64,000 bases of DNA from Deltaproteobacteria bacterium. Lineage in GTDB: Bacteria; Desulfobacterota; Binatia; UBA9968. This document shows, piece after piece, positions 49,624-58,694 of the stretch; the first letter of the stretch is position 1, and each line of letters opens with the position of its first letter. A model generated the notes under the pieces. The model was not told the DNA's origin, searched no databases, and was given only the letters and a program-made list of their open reading frames with translations. The stretch lies in the NCBI GenBank assembly GCA_009692615.1, contig SHYW01000007.1, positions 245 to 64,244 of the forward strand. The letters run 5' to 3'. The translations under genes and the position numbers were made by a program.

Positions 49624-50589
49624 ATGGCTAATCGCACGATCTCAATCGGTATGCGCGACTACGATCATTGCCGGGCCTTGGCCAACGGTAAAGTTAAAAT
49701 CGACGGCGTCGATCCGAAGTTCATCAACATCTCGCCGCCGTCGCAAATTTTTCTGCGCATGCTCAACGACGAAGAGTTCGACGTTTCGGAAATGTCGCTG
49801 TCCAATTTCATGATCGCCATCGGCAAGGGCGACCGGCGCTTCGTTGCGCTGCCGATCTTTCCATCGCGGGTATTTCGTCATTCTTATATTTGGATCAACA
49901 CTAAAGCCGGCATCGCCAAACCGGCGGATCTCAAAGGCAAGAAAGTCGGCATCGCCGATTATTCCATGACCGCGCTGCTATTCGTGCGCGGCCTGTTGCA
50001 GCATGAGTACGGCGTCAAGCCCGAAGACATTCACTGGTTTCGCCGCCGCTCCGAACATGTCGCCATCGATATGCCGCCGGGCATTCGCATCGACAGCATC
50101 GCCAAGGATCAAAACCTCGACGATCTGCTCGAAGCCGGCGAACTCGACGCCGTCGCCGTGACTTCACCGCCGCGCGCTTTTCTAAAAAATTCCCCGCTGG
50201 TCGCTCGGCTGTTTCCCTACTGCCGCGCCGTCGAAGCGAACTATTACCGGCGGACACAAATTTATCCGATCATGCACATGACCGTCATGCGCCGGGCGAT
50301 TTACGAGCAAGACCCGTCATTGGCCGTGCGTTTGTCGCAAGGGTTCCAAGACGCCAAGGCGCTGGCTTTCGAAGATTATGAAGAAGGTTTGGCTTCGCTG
50401 CCCTGGGTGAATCTGGATTTGGAATACGCACGCCAAGTCCTCGGCCCAGACGTTCATCCCTACGGCATCAAGAACAACGCCGCCACCTTGGAAGCCGCCA
50501 CGCTCTATTCCCATGAGCAGGGATTGACGAAAATTAAATTCGCCGTCAACGAACTGTTCGCAGCGGAGACCCTGGGGCTTTTCGCCTAA
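49624..50589 (+). CDS. cytoplasmic NMT1/SBP-fold enzyme, 4,5-dihydroxyphthalate decarboxylase-like
   Basis: no signal peptide; MANRTISIGMRDYDHCRALANGKVKIDGV N-terminus resembles Pht5-type decarboxylases; GGAGGG RBS; ORF-track start at 49408 is upstream overlap. Confidence 0.45.
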   Translation: MANRTISIGMRDYDHCRALANGKVKIDGVDPKFINISPPSQIFLRMLNDEEFDVSEMSLSNFMIAIGKGDRRFVALPIFPSRVFRHSYIWINTKAGIAKPADLKGKKVGIADYSMTALLFVRGLLQHEYGVKPEDIHWFRRRSEHVAIDMPPGIRIDSIAKDQNLDDLLEAGELDAVAVTSPPRAFLKNSPLVARLFPYCRAVEANYYRRTQIYPIMHMTVMRRAIYEQDPSLAVRLSQGFQDAKALAFEDYEEGLASLPWVNLDLEYARQVLGPDVHPYGIKNNAATLEAATLYSHEQGLTKIKFAVNELFAAETLGLFA

Positions 50590-50729
50590 GAATCGACTCG
50601 GAGAACTCTGCTCCTATTCCGTCATACCGGCGTAGGCCGGTATCCAGGTGGGGTGGTTCATAACCATTAAGATGGATGCCGGCCTGCGCCGGCATGACGG
50701 ACTTAGGTCTTTTGTTTAAGCGGTGCCAG

Positions 50730-51743
50730 CTATCTGATTTTCTTGCGCAGCTCGGCCAAGAAGCCGCTCGATTCCAATTGCCGCGTAAAACTCGCGTCGA
50801 TCACTTGATCGAGATCGACCTGGGTGATTTTCGGGTTGATGCGCGCCACCAGGCGCTGCACCGATTTGAAAGCGGCGACGTTGGGCGCCAGATCGAGCGT
50901 CGTCATCTTGCGCAACACTTTGTACGATCCTTCGATGACGTCGCTACGGCTCAGGCGCAGATTGCGCTGCAAAACTTTGGCGACATCGGTCTTGTTGTTG
51001 TCGTCGAGGATGTAAGCGACCGCCTCGGCCAACCCTTTTAGCACGCGCAGATAAAATTCGTTGCGGCTGGCGACGGATTCTTTCAGCCCGCAAATTTCCG
51101 GCCCCTGGTAGGGAGCGGAAATCTCGGCCGCATCGACCAACGATTTGAATCCCTGCGGGTACAAAATCTCGCTCAAACCGTAGGTGATCACGCCGAAGTC
51201 GATGTTGTTGGTGATCATCGCCTGGGCCAGAGTCGCTTCGTCGCCGATGACGCGCACTTTGATGCCGTATTTATCGGGATCGACGCCGAGGTGATCGAGG
51301 ATAATCATCGTTTGCAGCCACAAACCGCCGCCGATACTTTGCACGCCGACGGTTTTGCCGCGCAAATCTTCGGCGCTCTTGAGCTCTTTGCGCACCATCA
51401 GGTTGCGCGGAATTTTATTCACCGGTCCGCCGATGCAGGTGAGCTTGATGCCGCCGGATACGGTGCTCAAGATCGTCGACTGCGCCGGCCACACCGCTTC
51501 GACTTCTTTGGCGACTAAAGTCGCGATGCTCAAGGCGCCGTTACGCACCTGAACCATTTGCGCGTCGATGCCGTATTTTTTGAACATGCCGCGCTCGATG
51601 CCGACCCACATGGAAGTCGCGGTTTCGTTGAAGCCGCCGTAGGAAACCCGAAACCGTTCTTGCGCAAATGTGGGTGAAATACAAAATTGGCCGAGCGCGA
51701 TCAGCGTACAAGCGAGAATCGTTGTCGATAGGCGAATGCTCAT
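50730..51743 (-). CDS. NMT1/THI5-like periplasmic substrate-binding protein
   Basis: start at internal Met MSIRLSTTILACTLIALGQF (signal peptide), AAAGGA RBS. Confidence 0.65.
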   Translation of the reverse strand: MSIRLSTTILACTLIALGQFCISPTFAQERFRVSYGGFNETATSMWVGIERGMFKKYGIDAQMVQVRNGALSIATLVAKEVEAVWPAQSTILSTVSGGIKLTCIGGPVNKIPRNLMVRKELKSAEDLRGKTVGVQSIGGGLWLQTMIILDHLGVDPDKYGIKVRVIGDEATLAQAMITNNIDFGVITYGLSEILYPQGFKSLVDAAEISAPYQGPEICGLKESVASRNEFYLRVLKGLAEAVAYILDDNNKTDVAKVLQRNLRLSRSDVIEGSYKVLRKMTTLDLAPNVAAFKSVQRLVARINPKITQVDLDQVIDASFTRQLESSGFLAELRKKIR

Positions 51744-51745
51744 GG

Positions 51746-52495
51746 TCAATCCTTTCGGCGCCCCATCCGCAAACTCTCCAGCAACGAACCGTAACCCGGC
51801 TGACAGTCGAAAATCTTCAGCGCTTTGAGCGCGCCCCAGATCATCGCCGCCGGCGCCGCGATCACCGCCATGCCGGTATCGGCTTCCAGCGGTGCGATGA
51901 TATCCACCGACGGCCAACGCGGGCAGGCGATATAGATCGCATCGGCGTCAGGATGTTGCTTGGCTAAATCCCGCGCGAGCGTGAACGCCGCGTCCGGCGA
52001 CTGGCTGGCGAAATCGATATTTTTCGTCAAGCCCAAACCTTTGGTCGCCGGCACTTGAAACTGATTCGCTGCGAGAAAGTTTTTGATTTCCTGATTGCGT
52101 GCCTCGATGAACGGACTGACCACCAGCACCGAACGCGCCCCCAGCGTGCGCAGTCCGTCAATAACCACGCCGTTGGCCGTGACTACCGGCAATTGAGTTT
52201 CACGACGCAACAGCTCGGTCAGCTCGGCGTCGCCCGCTGCGCCTTTGGACAACGCCACCGGCGCACCGCCGCAAATCAGCACGTCGACTTTCTCCGCGGC
52301 CAATCTCTTGCCGGCTTCGACCAGGCGGTCAAACGCCGCCGCAGCCTGCTCCGCGCCGAGAGTCTGAATTGGCTCGCTGATGGTTAATCCGACGTGCAAC
52401 ACGCCCACCGGCAAGAGCTTGCGCATCTCCTCGCCCGAAGTATCCAATATCGCCGGCGCGATATGACCGATCCGCGCCCGCCAACCATAACGCAT
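51746..52495 (-). CDS. Asp/Glu/hydantoin racemase superfamily protein (maleate isomerase / arylmalonate decarboxylase-like)
   Basis: 249 aa; MRYGWRARIGHIAP N-terminus; paralog of 55984 ORF. Confidence 0.6.
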   Translation of the reverse strand: MRYGWRARIGHIAPAILDTSGEEMRKLLPVGVLHVGLTISEPIQTLGAEQAAAAFDRLVEAGKRLAAEKVDVLICGGAPVALSKGAAGDAELTELLRRETQLPVVTANGVVIDGLRTLGARSVLVVSPFIEARNQEIKNFLAANQFQVPATKGLGLTKNIDFASQSPDAAFTLARDLAKQHPDADAIYIACPRWPSVDIIAPLEADTGMAVIAAPAAMIWGALKALKIFDCQPGYGSLLESLRMGRRKD

Positions 52496-52697
52496 AAGTT
52501 CGCCCTCGTTTTGCTAAGTCAGTGATTGATCCGCGCACCGACAACCAGCTGCGACCCTAACAAAGCCGTCGCCTCGCTGTCAATTCGATGAGCCATAGCG
52601 TTGATCCGCGGCGCAACCGCAGCCAAGTGGAAAGCGTCTTTCACCACAAAGTGTTTCGTATGCTTACCCACACCTACGGACACTCAAGAGAGCGAAA

Positions 52698-52787
52698 CCC
52701 GTAGGATGTGGTGAGTCCGCGAACCGCATCGAGCGAGTGCGACTTACCAACGATGCGGTTCCCTTTGGTCACCGCATCCTACAAAAC
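52698..52787. other. ~85-nt near-perfect long hairpin in 0.5-kb non-coding region
   Basis: GTAGGATGtGGTGA...GAACCGCATCG - loop - CGATGCGGTTC...TCACCgCATCCTAC. Confidence 0.55.
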
Positions 52788-52954
52788 AATGCCCGTTTTT
52801 TCGAAGGAGAGCATGCAGGGTTATTGCCGGCGCGAAAAATCTTTCGCCCCTACCTCGGTCATCCGAACCTTCGTGCCATTGGTGTCTTCGTGGGGAGAAC
52901 GGATTTTCCTGCCAAGTAAATCAATTTCACCGGCGGACAATTCCTCGCAACCGC

Positions 52955-52991
52955 CAAAAAAAAGGCCCGTGTCGTTGGACACGGGCCTTTT
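52955..52991 (-). terminator. bidirectional Rho-independent terminator downstream of pal
   Basis: A8-GGCCCGTGTC-gttg-GACACGGGCC-T4; perfect 10-bp GC-rich stem with A-tract and T-tract flanks. Confidence 0.85.
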
Positions 52992-53025
52992 GCTCGTCGC
53001 GATTTGCGATTTTGAATTTCTGAGT

Positions 53026-53607
53026 CTACTTGGCTGCGCCAATGACGAAGCGCGCGCGCCGGTTCTTGGCCCAGCACTCTTCGTTCTTTTCCTTACAGAC
53101 GGGAATTTCTTGACCGTAGCTCACGGTCGACATCCGGTTGGCGGCTACGCCGAGCGTCGCCAGATAATCTAGCGCGGCTTGGGCCCGCTTGGCGCCCAGC
53201 GCCATATTGTATTCCGCCGTGCCGCGCTCGTCGCAGTGGCCTTCGATCTGAATGCGCGCCGTGGCATTGGACTTGAGCCAATCGGCATTGGCCTTCAACG
53301 TCGCCCGCGCCGCTTCCGAGAGCGCCACGCTGTCAAATGAGAAATTGACATCCTTCATCGGCCCCGCGGTTGCCGCTTCGCCCTTGCGCAGCGCGTCGAG
53401 GCTCGTTGTCGTGCCTGGATCGGGTTTCGGCGGTGCCGGTGGTTTCGGTGCTTCCGGTTTGGCCGCCGCCGCGCCGGATGAAGCGCTCAGATTTTCCGCC
53501 GTCCACGTCGGTGCCGGCGGATTGGCCGGACTGGTGCAGGAAAATAGAAATCCCAATGCGAGTAACTTGACTGCCGCTAGATAAATGCTTTTTTGCTCCC
53601 TCATCAC
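53026..53607 (-). CDS. pal: peptidoglycan-associated lipoprotein Pal / OmpA-family lipoprotein
   Basis: lipobox LFSC; low-complexity Pro/Ala linker; C-terminal OmpA domain (NFSFDSVALSE...RIQIEGHCDERGTAEYNMALGAKRA). Confidence 0.75.
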   Translation of the reverse strand: MMREQKSIYLAAVKLLALGFLFSCTSPANPPAPTWTAENLSASSGAAAAKPEAPKPPAPPKPDPGTTTSLDALRKGEAATAGPMKDVNFSFDSVALSEAARATLKANADWLKSNATARIQIEGHCDERGTAEYNMALGAKRAQAALDYLATLGVAANRMSTVSYGQEIPVCKEKNEECWAKNRRARFVIGAAK

Positions 53608-53768
53608 TCCCCCTTTTCAGTTCCGTCACGAACTGTTTTCAATGTAACGATTGTGAAGCATCCCACTCACGCTGTCAACGTTTTTTGCCCAGAATCGCTC
53701 GTCTGAGCATGCAAAATCCGGTCGCGGCTTACCAAATTTTGCATCAAGCTGTTCGCGGTCCTCTATTA

Positions 53769-54938
53769 TTAAGCTGTCGGCATTAGGCGCACACCGTAGA
53801 GTTTCGGCTGCGACACCAGCAGCCGGCGCCAGCTCCCGCCGGCGTCGTTGGTGGCGTAAACCGATCCATCTGTGTAGCCCACGCAGAGCGTGTCGGCGTC
53901 GCCGGGGTGCGTCGCAAAACCGCAGGTCATATGTTCCGTGCCGGCGGGCAAGCCATTGGTCAGCTTGTTCCAACTCTTGCCGCCGTCGTCGCTGCGCAGG
54001 ATCTGCGTCTTGGCACCGCCGGTTTCGGCCAAGCGGAGGTTGCTGAATTTAACTGTGTTGTAGGGTCCCGCGCGCACGGTGCGATAGCCCGCCCAGGTCG
54101 CCGGCCCGTTCTCCGCGGCGCCGAGAAAGATCCGCTCCGGCACCGACGAATGGTTGGCCATGGGAATCGCGTAGGCGCGCCCCATGCCGTATTCGCACTT
54201 GCGCCAAGATTTGCCGTCGTCGTCGGTCTGATAGGTGCCGATGCCGGTACTGGCGAACAGCGTGTCGAGTTTCGCCGGATGGCGCGTCACCCAATGGACG
54301 TCGCGGTACAAGCGCCCCTCTTCATGCTTGCCCATTTCGTAAGGCACGATGCCGGCGGGATCGTTGATTTTGGGAAACGCCGTCGGACTGGCCGGGCCGC
54401 TGATGTCTTCCCAAGTCGCGCCGCGGTCGCGGCTGCGCGCCACGCCGCCCTCTTCAATGCCGACGATGATTTCATCCGGCACCCGGGCGTCGAGCGCAAT
54501 CGAACGCACATGCGCCACATGCGCGCCAGGAGGAAAGGTCCACTTGTTGTAATCGGGCAGATCGCGAAACGATGCCAGCTCGCGAAACGACCGGCCGCCG
54601 TTATCGCTGGCGTAAATCGCCGCCGGCAGCGTGCCGACGTAAATCTCATCGGCCCGGGTCGGATGCACCGCCATGGTCCAAATATCGCGCCGCTCAATGC
54701 CGCCGGAGGGTAGCCACTTCCAGCTCGCGCCATCGTCTTCGCTGACGTGGATCTCGGTGAGCGTGGCGGCGTATAATTTTTTCGCATTGAACGGATCGCG
54801 CGCCACTTCGCGCACGGTCTCGCCATCCAAAGCGCTGTTGAGAATCTCGACGTTCTCAGTGCGCCCATCCCAACGGCACCGCAATAATTTCTCCGCGCCT
54901 AACAAATAGAGTTGCAGGTTTTCAGCTGTCATTGCCAA
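53769..54938 (-). CDS. BNR/Asp-box repeat beta-propeller protein (Ycf48/sortilin-like)
   Basis: six SxDxGxTW-type Asp-box repeats (SEDDGASW, SDNGGRSF, SRDRGATW, TDDDGKSW, SDDGGKSW, TNDAGGSW); no signal peptide. Confidence 0.6.
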   Translation of the reverse strand: MAMTAENLQLYLLGAEKLLRCRWDGRTENVEILNSALDGETVREVARDPFNAKKLYAATLTEIHVSEDDGASWKWLPSGGIERRDIWTMAVHPTRADEIYVGTLPAAIYASDNGGRSFRELASFRDLPDYNKWTFPPGAHVAHVRSIALDARVPDEIIVGIEEGGVARSRDRGATWEDISGPASPTAFPKINDPAGIVPYEMGKHEEGRLYRDVHWVTRHPAKLDTLFASTGIGTYQTDDDGKSWRKCEYGMGRAYAIPMANHSSVPERIFLGAAENGPATWAGYRTVRAGPYNTVKFSNLRLAETGGAKTQILRSDDGGKSWNKLTNGLPAGTEHMTCGFATHPGDADTLCVGYTDGSVYATNDAGGSWRRLLVSQPKLYGVRLMPTA

Positions 54939-55047
54939 CCTCCGCGCTCATTGATTTGAATTGAATATACGCACGCTAAGCAAATCGCTGCGCGCCGTCA
55001 AGCCGCCCTACGAATTCGCTGGATATTCATGCCGCTTTTGAACTAGA

Positions 55048-55932
55048 TTGAGCGCCATGCGAGTCGTTCAACCACCCAAGCAAAATCCCCACAAGCCAAA
55101 GTATAAACTGCCCACTGGCGCCTGCGATACCCACTTGCATGTCTACGGTCCCTTCGACCGTTATCCGCTTGTCGCCGGGCGCGGCTACGATCCCGATCCC
55201 CACTCGACCCTCGATGATTATCTTCGAACTCACGCCGCCGTCGGACTGGAGCGCGCCGTGATCGTCACCGGCAGCGGCAACGGCACGAACAATCGCATCA
55301 CGCTGGATGCTTTGAAGCGCATGCATGGCAGCTTCAAAGCGGTGGCGCTGCTCAATCCGGCGGTCACCGACGGCGAGTTAATCGAACTCAAAGACGGCGG
55401 CTTCACCGGCTTCCGCATCAAGTCGCAAGGCCGCGGCGGTTTTTCTTACGAAGATGCCAAGCGGATCGTTGATAGAACCCAAGGCTTCGGCTGGCACATC
55501 GAGTTCACGCCACAGTCGGTGCTGGACGCCATCGCAGGCGTGCCGTTTCTGAACTCGCTAAAAGTACCTTATCTTTTCGACCACGTCGCCGAAGTCGAAC
55601 CGCATCATCGACGCGGCGATCAGGAGTTCGATGCGCTGCTGAAGATTTTACAAAACGAAGAAAACGCCTGGCTCAATCTTTACAGTTTCTATCAGCAGTC
55701 CGAAGTTGGACCGCCGAATTACGAAGATTTGCTCGACGTCGTCCAAGCGCTCATCGCCGTGCGCCCCGACCGCGTTGTTTGGGGCAGCAACTGGCCCCAC
55801 GCCAGTATCACGGTACCGACGCCCGACGAAGGCGACCTGCTCGATTTTCTGTTAGCAGCCGCGCCTGACGAAAAGTTACGCAACGCAATCCTCGCCGACA
55901 ACCCGGCGAAGCTCTACGGCTGGCCGAAATAA
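55048..55932 (+). CDS. amidohydrolase-2 family hydrolase (LigI 2-pyrone-4,6-dicarboxylate lactonase-like)
   Basis: CDTHLHVYGP metal motif; 294 aa TIM-barrel length. Confidence 0.6.
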   Translation: MSAMRVVQPPKQNPHKPKYKLPTGACDTHLHVYGPFDRYPLVAGRGYDPDPHSTLDDYLRTHAAVGLERAVIVTGSGNGTNNRITLDALKRMHGSFKAVALLNPAVTDGELIELKDGGFTGFRIKSQGRGGFSYEDAKRIVDRTQGFGWHIEFTPQSVLDAIAGVPFLNSLKVPYLFDHVAEVEPHHRRGDQEFDALLKILQNEENAWLNLYSFYQQSEVGPPNYEDLLDVVQALIAVRPDRVVWGSNWPHASITVPTPDEGDLLDFLLAAAPDEKLRNAILADNPAKLYGWPK

Positions 55933-55983
55933 TTTGGAATCTGGAATTTTGAATTTGGAGTTTTTTACTAAGGAGTAAAATTT

Positions 55984-56709
55984 ATGTACGGTTGGCGCGC
56001 CCGCATCGGTCACATCGCCCCCTCCCGCGGGGATACCTTGGTTTACGAATTTTACAAAATGTTTCCCGAAGGCTTCATGATGCTCAACACCACCGGCACC
56101 GTGCGCCAGCTGGTCGACAGCGACTTCGAAGCACAGCTCGGCCGCATCGAGGAATCGGCGCAAGATTTGGTCGACAACAATTGCGACTCGATCATCTTCA
56201 GCGGCTCGCCGCTGTTCACCCGGCTGCCCTTCGGCGCCGACCGCGAACTCGGCAAAAAACTCAGCGACAAATTCGGCGTCCCGGTGGCCGCTGGACTCAC
56301 CGCCGAAGTCGAAGCGTTGAAAGCGATGAACTGCAAAAAACTCGTCGTCGGCACGCCCTACGAAGAAGAAATCAACCAGCGCCTCAAGCGCCATCTAGAA
56401 CAATCTGGCTTCGAAGTCTTGCAGATCGCCGGTTACGGCGTGCGCAAAAATTCCCAGCTCACCGATCTGCCCGTCCACGCGTCCTACAAGATCGCCAAAA
56501 AACTCTACGCCAAAGCGCGCGACGCCGACGGGGTTTTCATCGCCTGTCCGCGCTGGCCGACGATCACCGATGTCGCCATGTTGGAAAGCGAAATCGGCAA
56601 GCCAGTGATCACCAGCAGCCTGGCTTGCAGCTGGTACGCCATGAAACTCATCGACATCAAGGAAACCGTCAAAGGCTTTGGCCGCTTGATGGAAAGTTTG
56701 GCAAGCTAG
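55984..56709 (+). CDS. Asp/Glu/hydantoin racemase superfamily protein (paralog)
   Basis: MYGWRARIGHIAP N-terminus identical in pattern to 51746 ORF; 241 aa. Confidence 0.6.
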   Translation: MYGWRARIGHIAPSRGDTLVYEFYKMFPEGFMMLNTTGTVRQLVDSDFEAQLGRIEESAQDLVDNNCDSIIFSGSPLFTRLPFGADRELGKKLSDKFGVPVAAGLTAEVEALKAMNCKKLVVGTPYEEEINQRLKRHLEQSGFEVLQIAGYGVRKNSQLTDLPVHASYKIAKKLYAKARDADGVFIACPRWPTITDVAMLESEIGKPVITSSLACSWYAMKLIDIKETVKGFGRLMESLAS

Positions 56710-56781
56710 GGAGCCGCGAATCGAGCGGCGAACAAGAAATTTCTAGCGGTTCGCGCCTTCGATAGTCTAAAATAGGATCGA

Positions 56782-57285
56782 TTGGAGGACGTTATGAGTT
56801 GGATCAAAGCAGCTTTATTGGCAGGGCTTCTCAGTAACTTTTTGATGACCTTTGCCCCAGACGCGAGCGCCGCCGATCGCAAAAAAGATCGCCGCCGCGA
56901 CGCCAGTTGCCAGCGCGGCGATCGCTTGAACATCGAAGATCTCGACATGTCGCCCGACCCGGTGAGCGAGGGACAGCGGATTCGTTCTTGGAAAGTGCGC
57001 ATCCGTTTCGACGGCCGGCGCGACTGTGAAACCGAGGTCTACGTCCGCGAGGGCAACACCATCGCCGGCCACGCGCGGGATTACAAGATGCATCCCGGCG
57101 TCAACGAAATCGAGATTCCCGCAGCCCAGGGCTACCGCTTCAGCGGCCGCGAACATTGCTTCAATGTCCAAGTCGATCTCGACGGCACGCGCCAGCAGAT
57201 CGACGCCGCGCGCCGTTTCTGCGCCACCCAAAGATCGGCCTGGTCCATGCGCGAAGCCGACGACCGCGGCCGCGTTCCGCGCTAG
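56782..57285 (+). CDS. small secreted hypothetical protein (4 Cys)
   Basis: signal peptide MSWIKAALLAGLLSNFLMTFAPDASA; no recognisable family. Confidence 0.4.
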   Translation: MEDVMSWIKAALLAGLLSNFLMTFAPDASAADRKKDRRRDASCQRGDRLNIEDLDMSPDPVSEGQRIRSWKVRIRFDGRRDCETEVYVREGNTIAGHARDYKMHPGVNEIEIPAAQGYRFSGREHCFNVQVDLDGTRQQIDAARRFCATQRSAWSMREADDRGRVPR

Positions 57286-57290
57286 CGAGA

Positions 57291-57404
57291 GGGCGGGTTT
57301 CAAACCCGCCCTTTCAATTCCCATTTCTTTTTTTGCGTTTTTTGCGGCCAACTCTCCGAATCTGATTCCCCCACTCTGTGATCTCTGTGCCCTCTGTGGT
57401 GAAT
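57291..57404. repeat. composite element: hairpin GGGCGGGTTTCAAACCCGCCC + TTTTTTTGCGTTTTTTGCGGCCAACTCTCCGAATC + CTCTGTGATCTCTGTGCCCTCTGTGGTGAA
   Basis: same modules as 15161 and 26881-26968 copies in same order. Confidence 0.7.
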
Positions 57405-57410
57405 TCCCTC

Positions 57411-58526
57411 TTAGTCCCAAACCCGTCGCGCCGTTTCCAGCATGACATCGAGTTTGCGGAACTGTTCGTCTTCCGTAAGCAGATTACCGCGGATGCTCGA
57501 CGCGAAGCCGCATTGAGGGCTCAGCGCTAATTGTTCCAACGGTAAGAAGCGCGCCGCGTCGTCGATGCGCCGGCGCAGTTCATCGACGCTTTCCACCCGT
57601 CCGAGCTTCGTCGTGATCAAACCAAGTACGGCGATTTTTCCTTTCGGCACGAAACGCAGCGGCTCGAAGCCGCCGGCGCGTTCGGTGTCGTATTCTAGTA
57701 GAAGCCGTTGATGGTTGAGGCCGTTGAATAATTTTTCGGCGATGGCGTCGTACTTTCCCTCGCGGTGCCACATGCTTTGGCGGTTGCCGCGGCAGATGTG
57801 AATACCAAAGGTGACGTTGGGAAATCCGGCGATGACCTCGTTATCGGCGCGAATCGAGCGCTCCATCGTCGCCATCGGTTCTTCACCCCGCGCGCGCATC
57901 GCCGCGATGGAATTAGGATCGACGTACGCCGTGTAGCCCGGCCCGTCAATGCCGACATAGCGGCAACCCGCCTCGGCTAGCTCGCTGAGCATCTGCTTTT
58001 CAACCATGACGACATCGCCCAAAAATTCGTCGGTGTTCGCGTAGACCGAACGCGACGCCTCGGCATCGTAGCATTGTTGAATCCGGTCCGGACCGATCAA
58101 AGTGATTTTCACCGGCCGTTCGGTCAAGCTTTGAGTGAAACGAAAATCATCGACCAGCGAGTTGCGCAAAAGTTTCAAGCGCGCCGTGACCCGTTTACGA
58201 TTGAGTAAGATCGGATCGGTGCCTTTGTGGGTTTTAACTTGGCCATCGTCGGCGCGGGCGAGCATATCGTGATAGCTTTTCACCCCCGCCTGCCACTCTT
58301 CCACGCCGGCGACGACATTGAAGCTCTCCATGAAACTGGTGCGGCGAAACTCGCCGTCGACCACGATCGGCAAGTTGTGTGCGACCTGTTTAGCTACCAC
58401 ATCGCGAATCGCTTCGTCCTGTGAATTCTTTAAGTCCGCTTCGCTGGTCTTACCGTCGCCAAAGCTTGCGAACGCATCCTTCAGCCTCTGCGGCCGCAGC
58501 AAGCTGCCAACCAAATCCACCCGCAT
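57411..58526 (-). CDS. cobalamin-independent methionine synthase (MetE C-terminal domain)-like protein
   Basis: MRVDLVGSLLRPQRLK matches the VGSxPRP N-terminus of MetE-like/UROD-fold proteins; start uncertain (ORF track extends to 58667 but that region is a repeat element). Confidence 0.55.
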   Translation of the reverse strand: MRVDLVGSLLRPQRLKDAFASFGDGKTSEADLKNSQDEAIRDVVAKQVAHNLPIVVDGEFRRTSFMESFNVVAGVEEWQAGVKSYHDMLARADDGQVKTHKGTDPILLNRKRVTARLKLLRNSLVDDFRFTQSLTERPVKITLIGPDRIQQCYDAEASRSVYANTDEFLGDVVMVEKQMLSELAEAGCRYVGIDGPGYTAYVDPNSIAAMRARGEEPMATMERSIRADNEVIAGFPNVTFGIHICRGNRQSMWHREGKYDAIAEKLFNGLNHQRLLLEYDTERAGGFEPLRFVPKGKIAVLGLITTKLGRVESVDELRRRIDDAARFLPLEQLALSPQCGFASSIRGNLLTEDEQFRKLDVMLETARRVWD

Positions 58527-58594
58527 CGAATTGAGATTCACTAGTATGTTTCCTTTCGACTTGATTACGAAGGGCAGCTCCACAGGGTTACCCC

Positions 58595-58690
58595 GACAAT
58601 TCCGAAATCTTTTTTTGCGCTCTTTGCCCTCCCCGATTGCCCTGAGCGTGTCGAAGGGTGCGGCCAATTGCCTCTTCCGAATCCGAAAAC
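58595..58690. repeat. degenerate repeat-family element (TTTTTTTGCGCTCTTTGCCCTCC ... CGGCCAATTGCCTCTTCCGAATCCG)
   Basis: shares TTTTTTTGCG, CGGCCAA and CCGAATC words with 15195/57329 copies. Confidence 0.5.
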
Positions 58691-58694
58691 GCCA

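Noticed and set aside
53907-54868. Long ORFs (268 aa plus strand; 193 aa minus strand alt frame) overlapping the BNR-repeat gene
   Set aside because: High-GC frame artefacts (Arg/Ala/Gly-rich, no motifs); the 53769..54938 frame carries six Asp-box repeats
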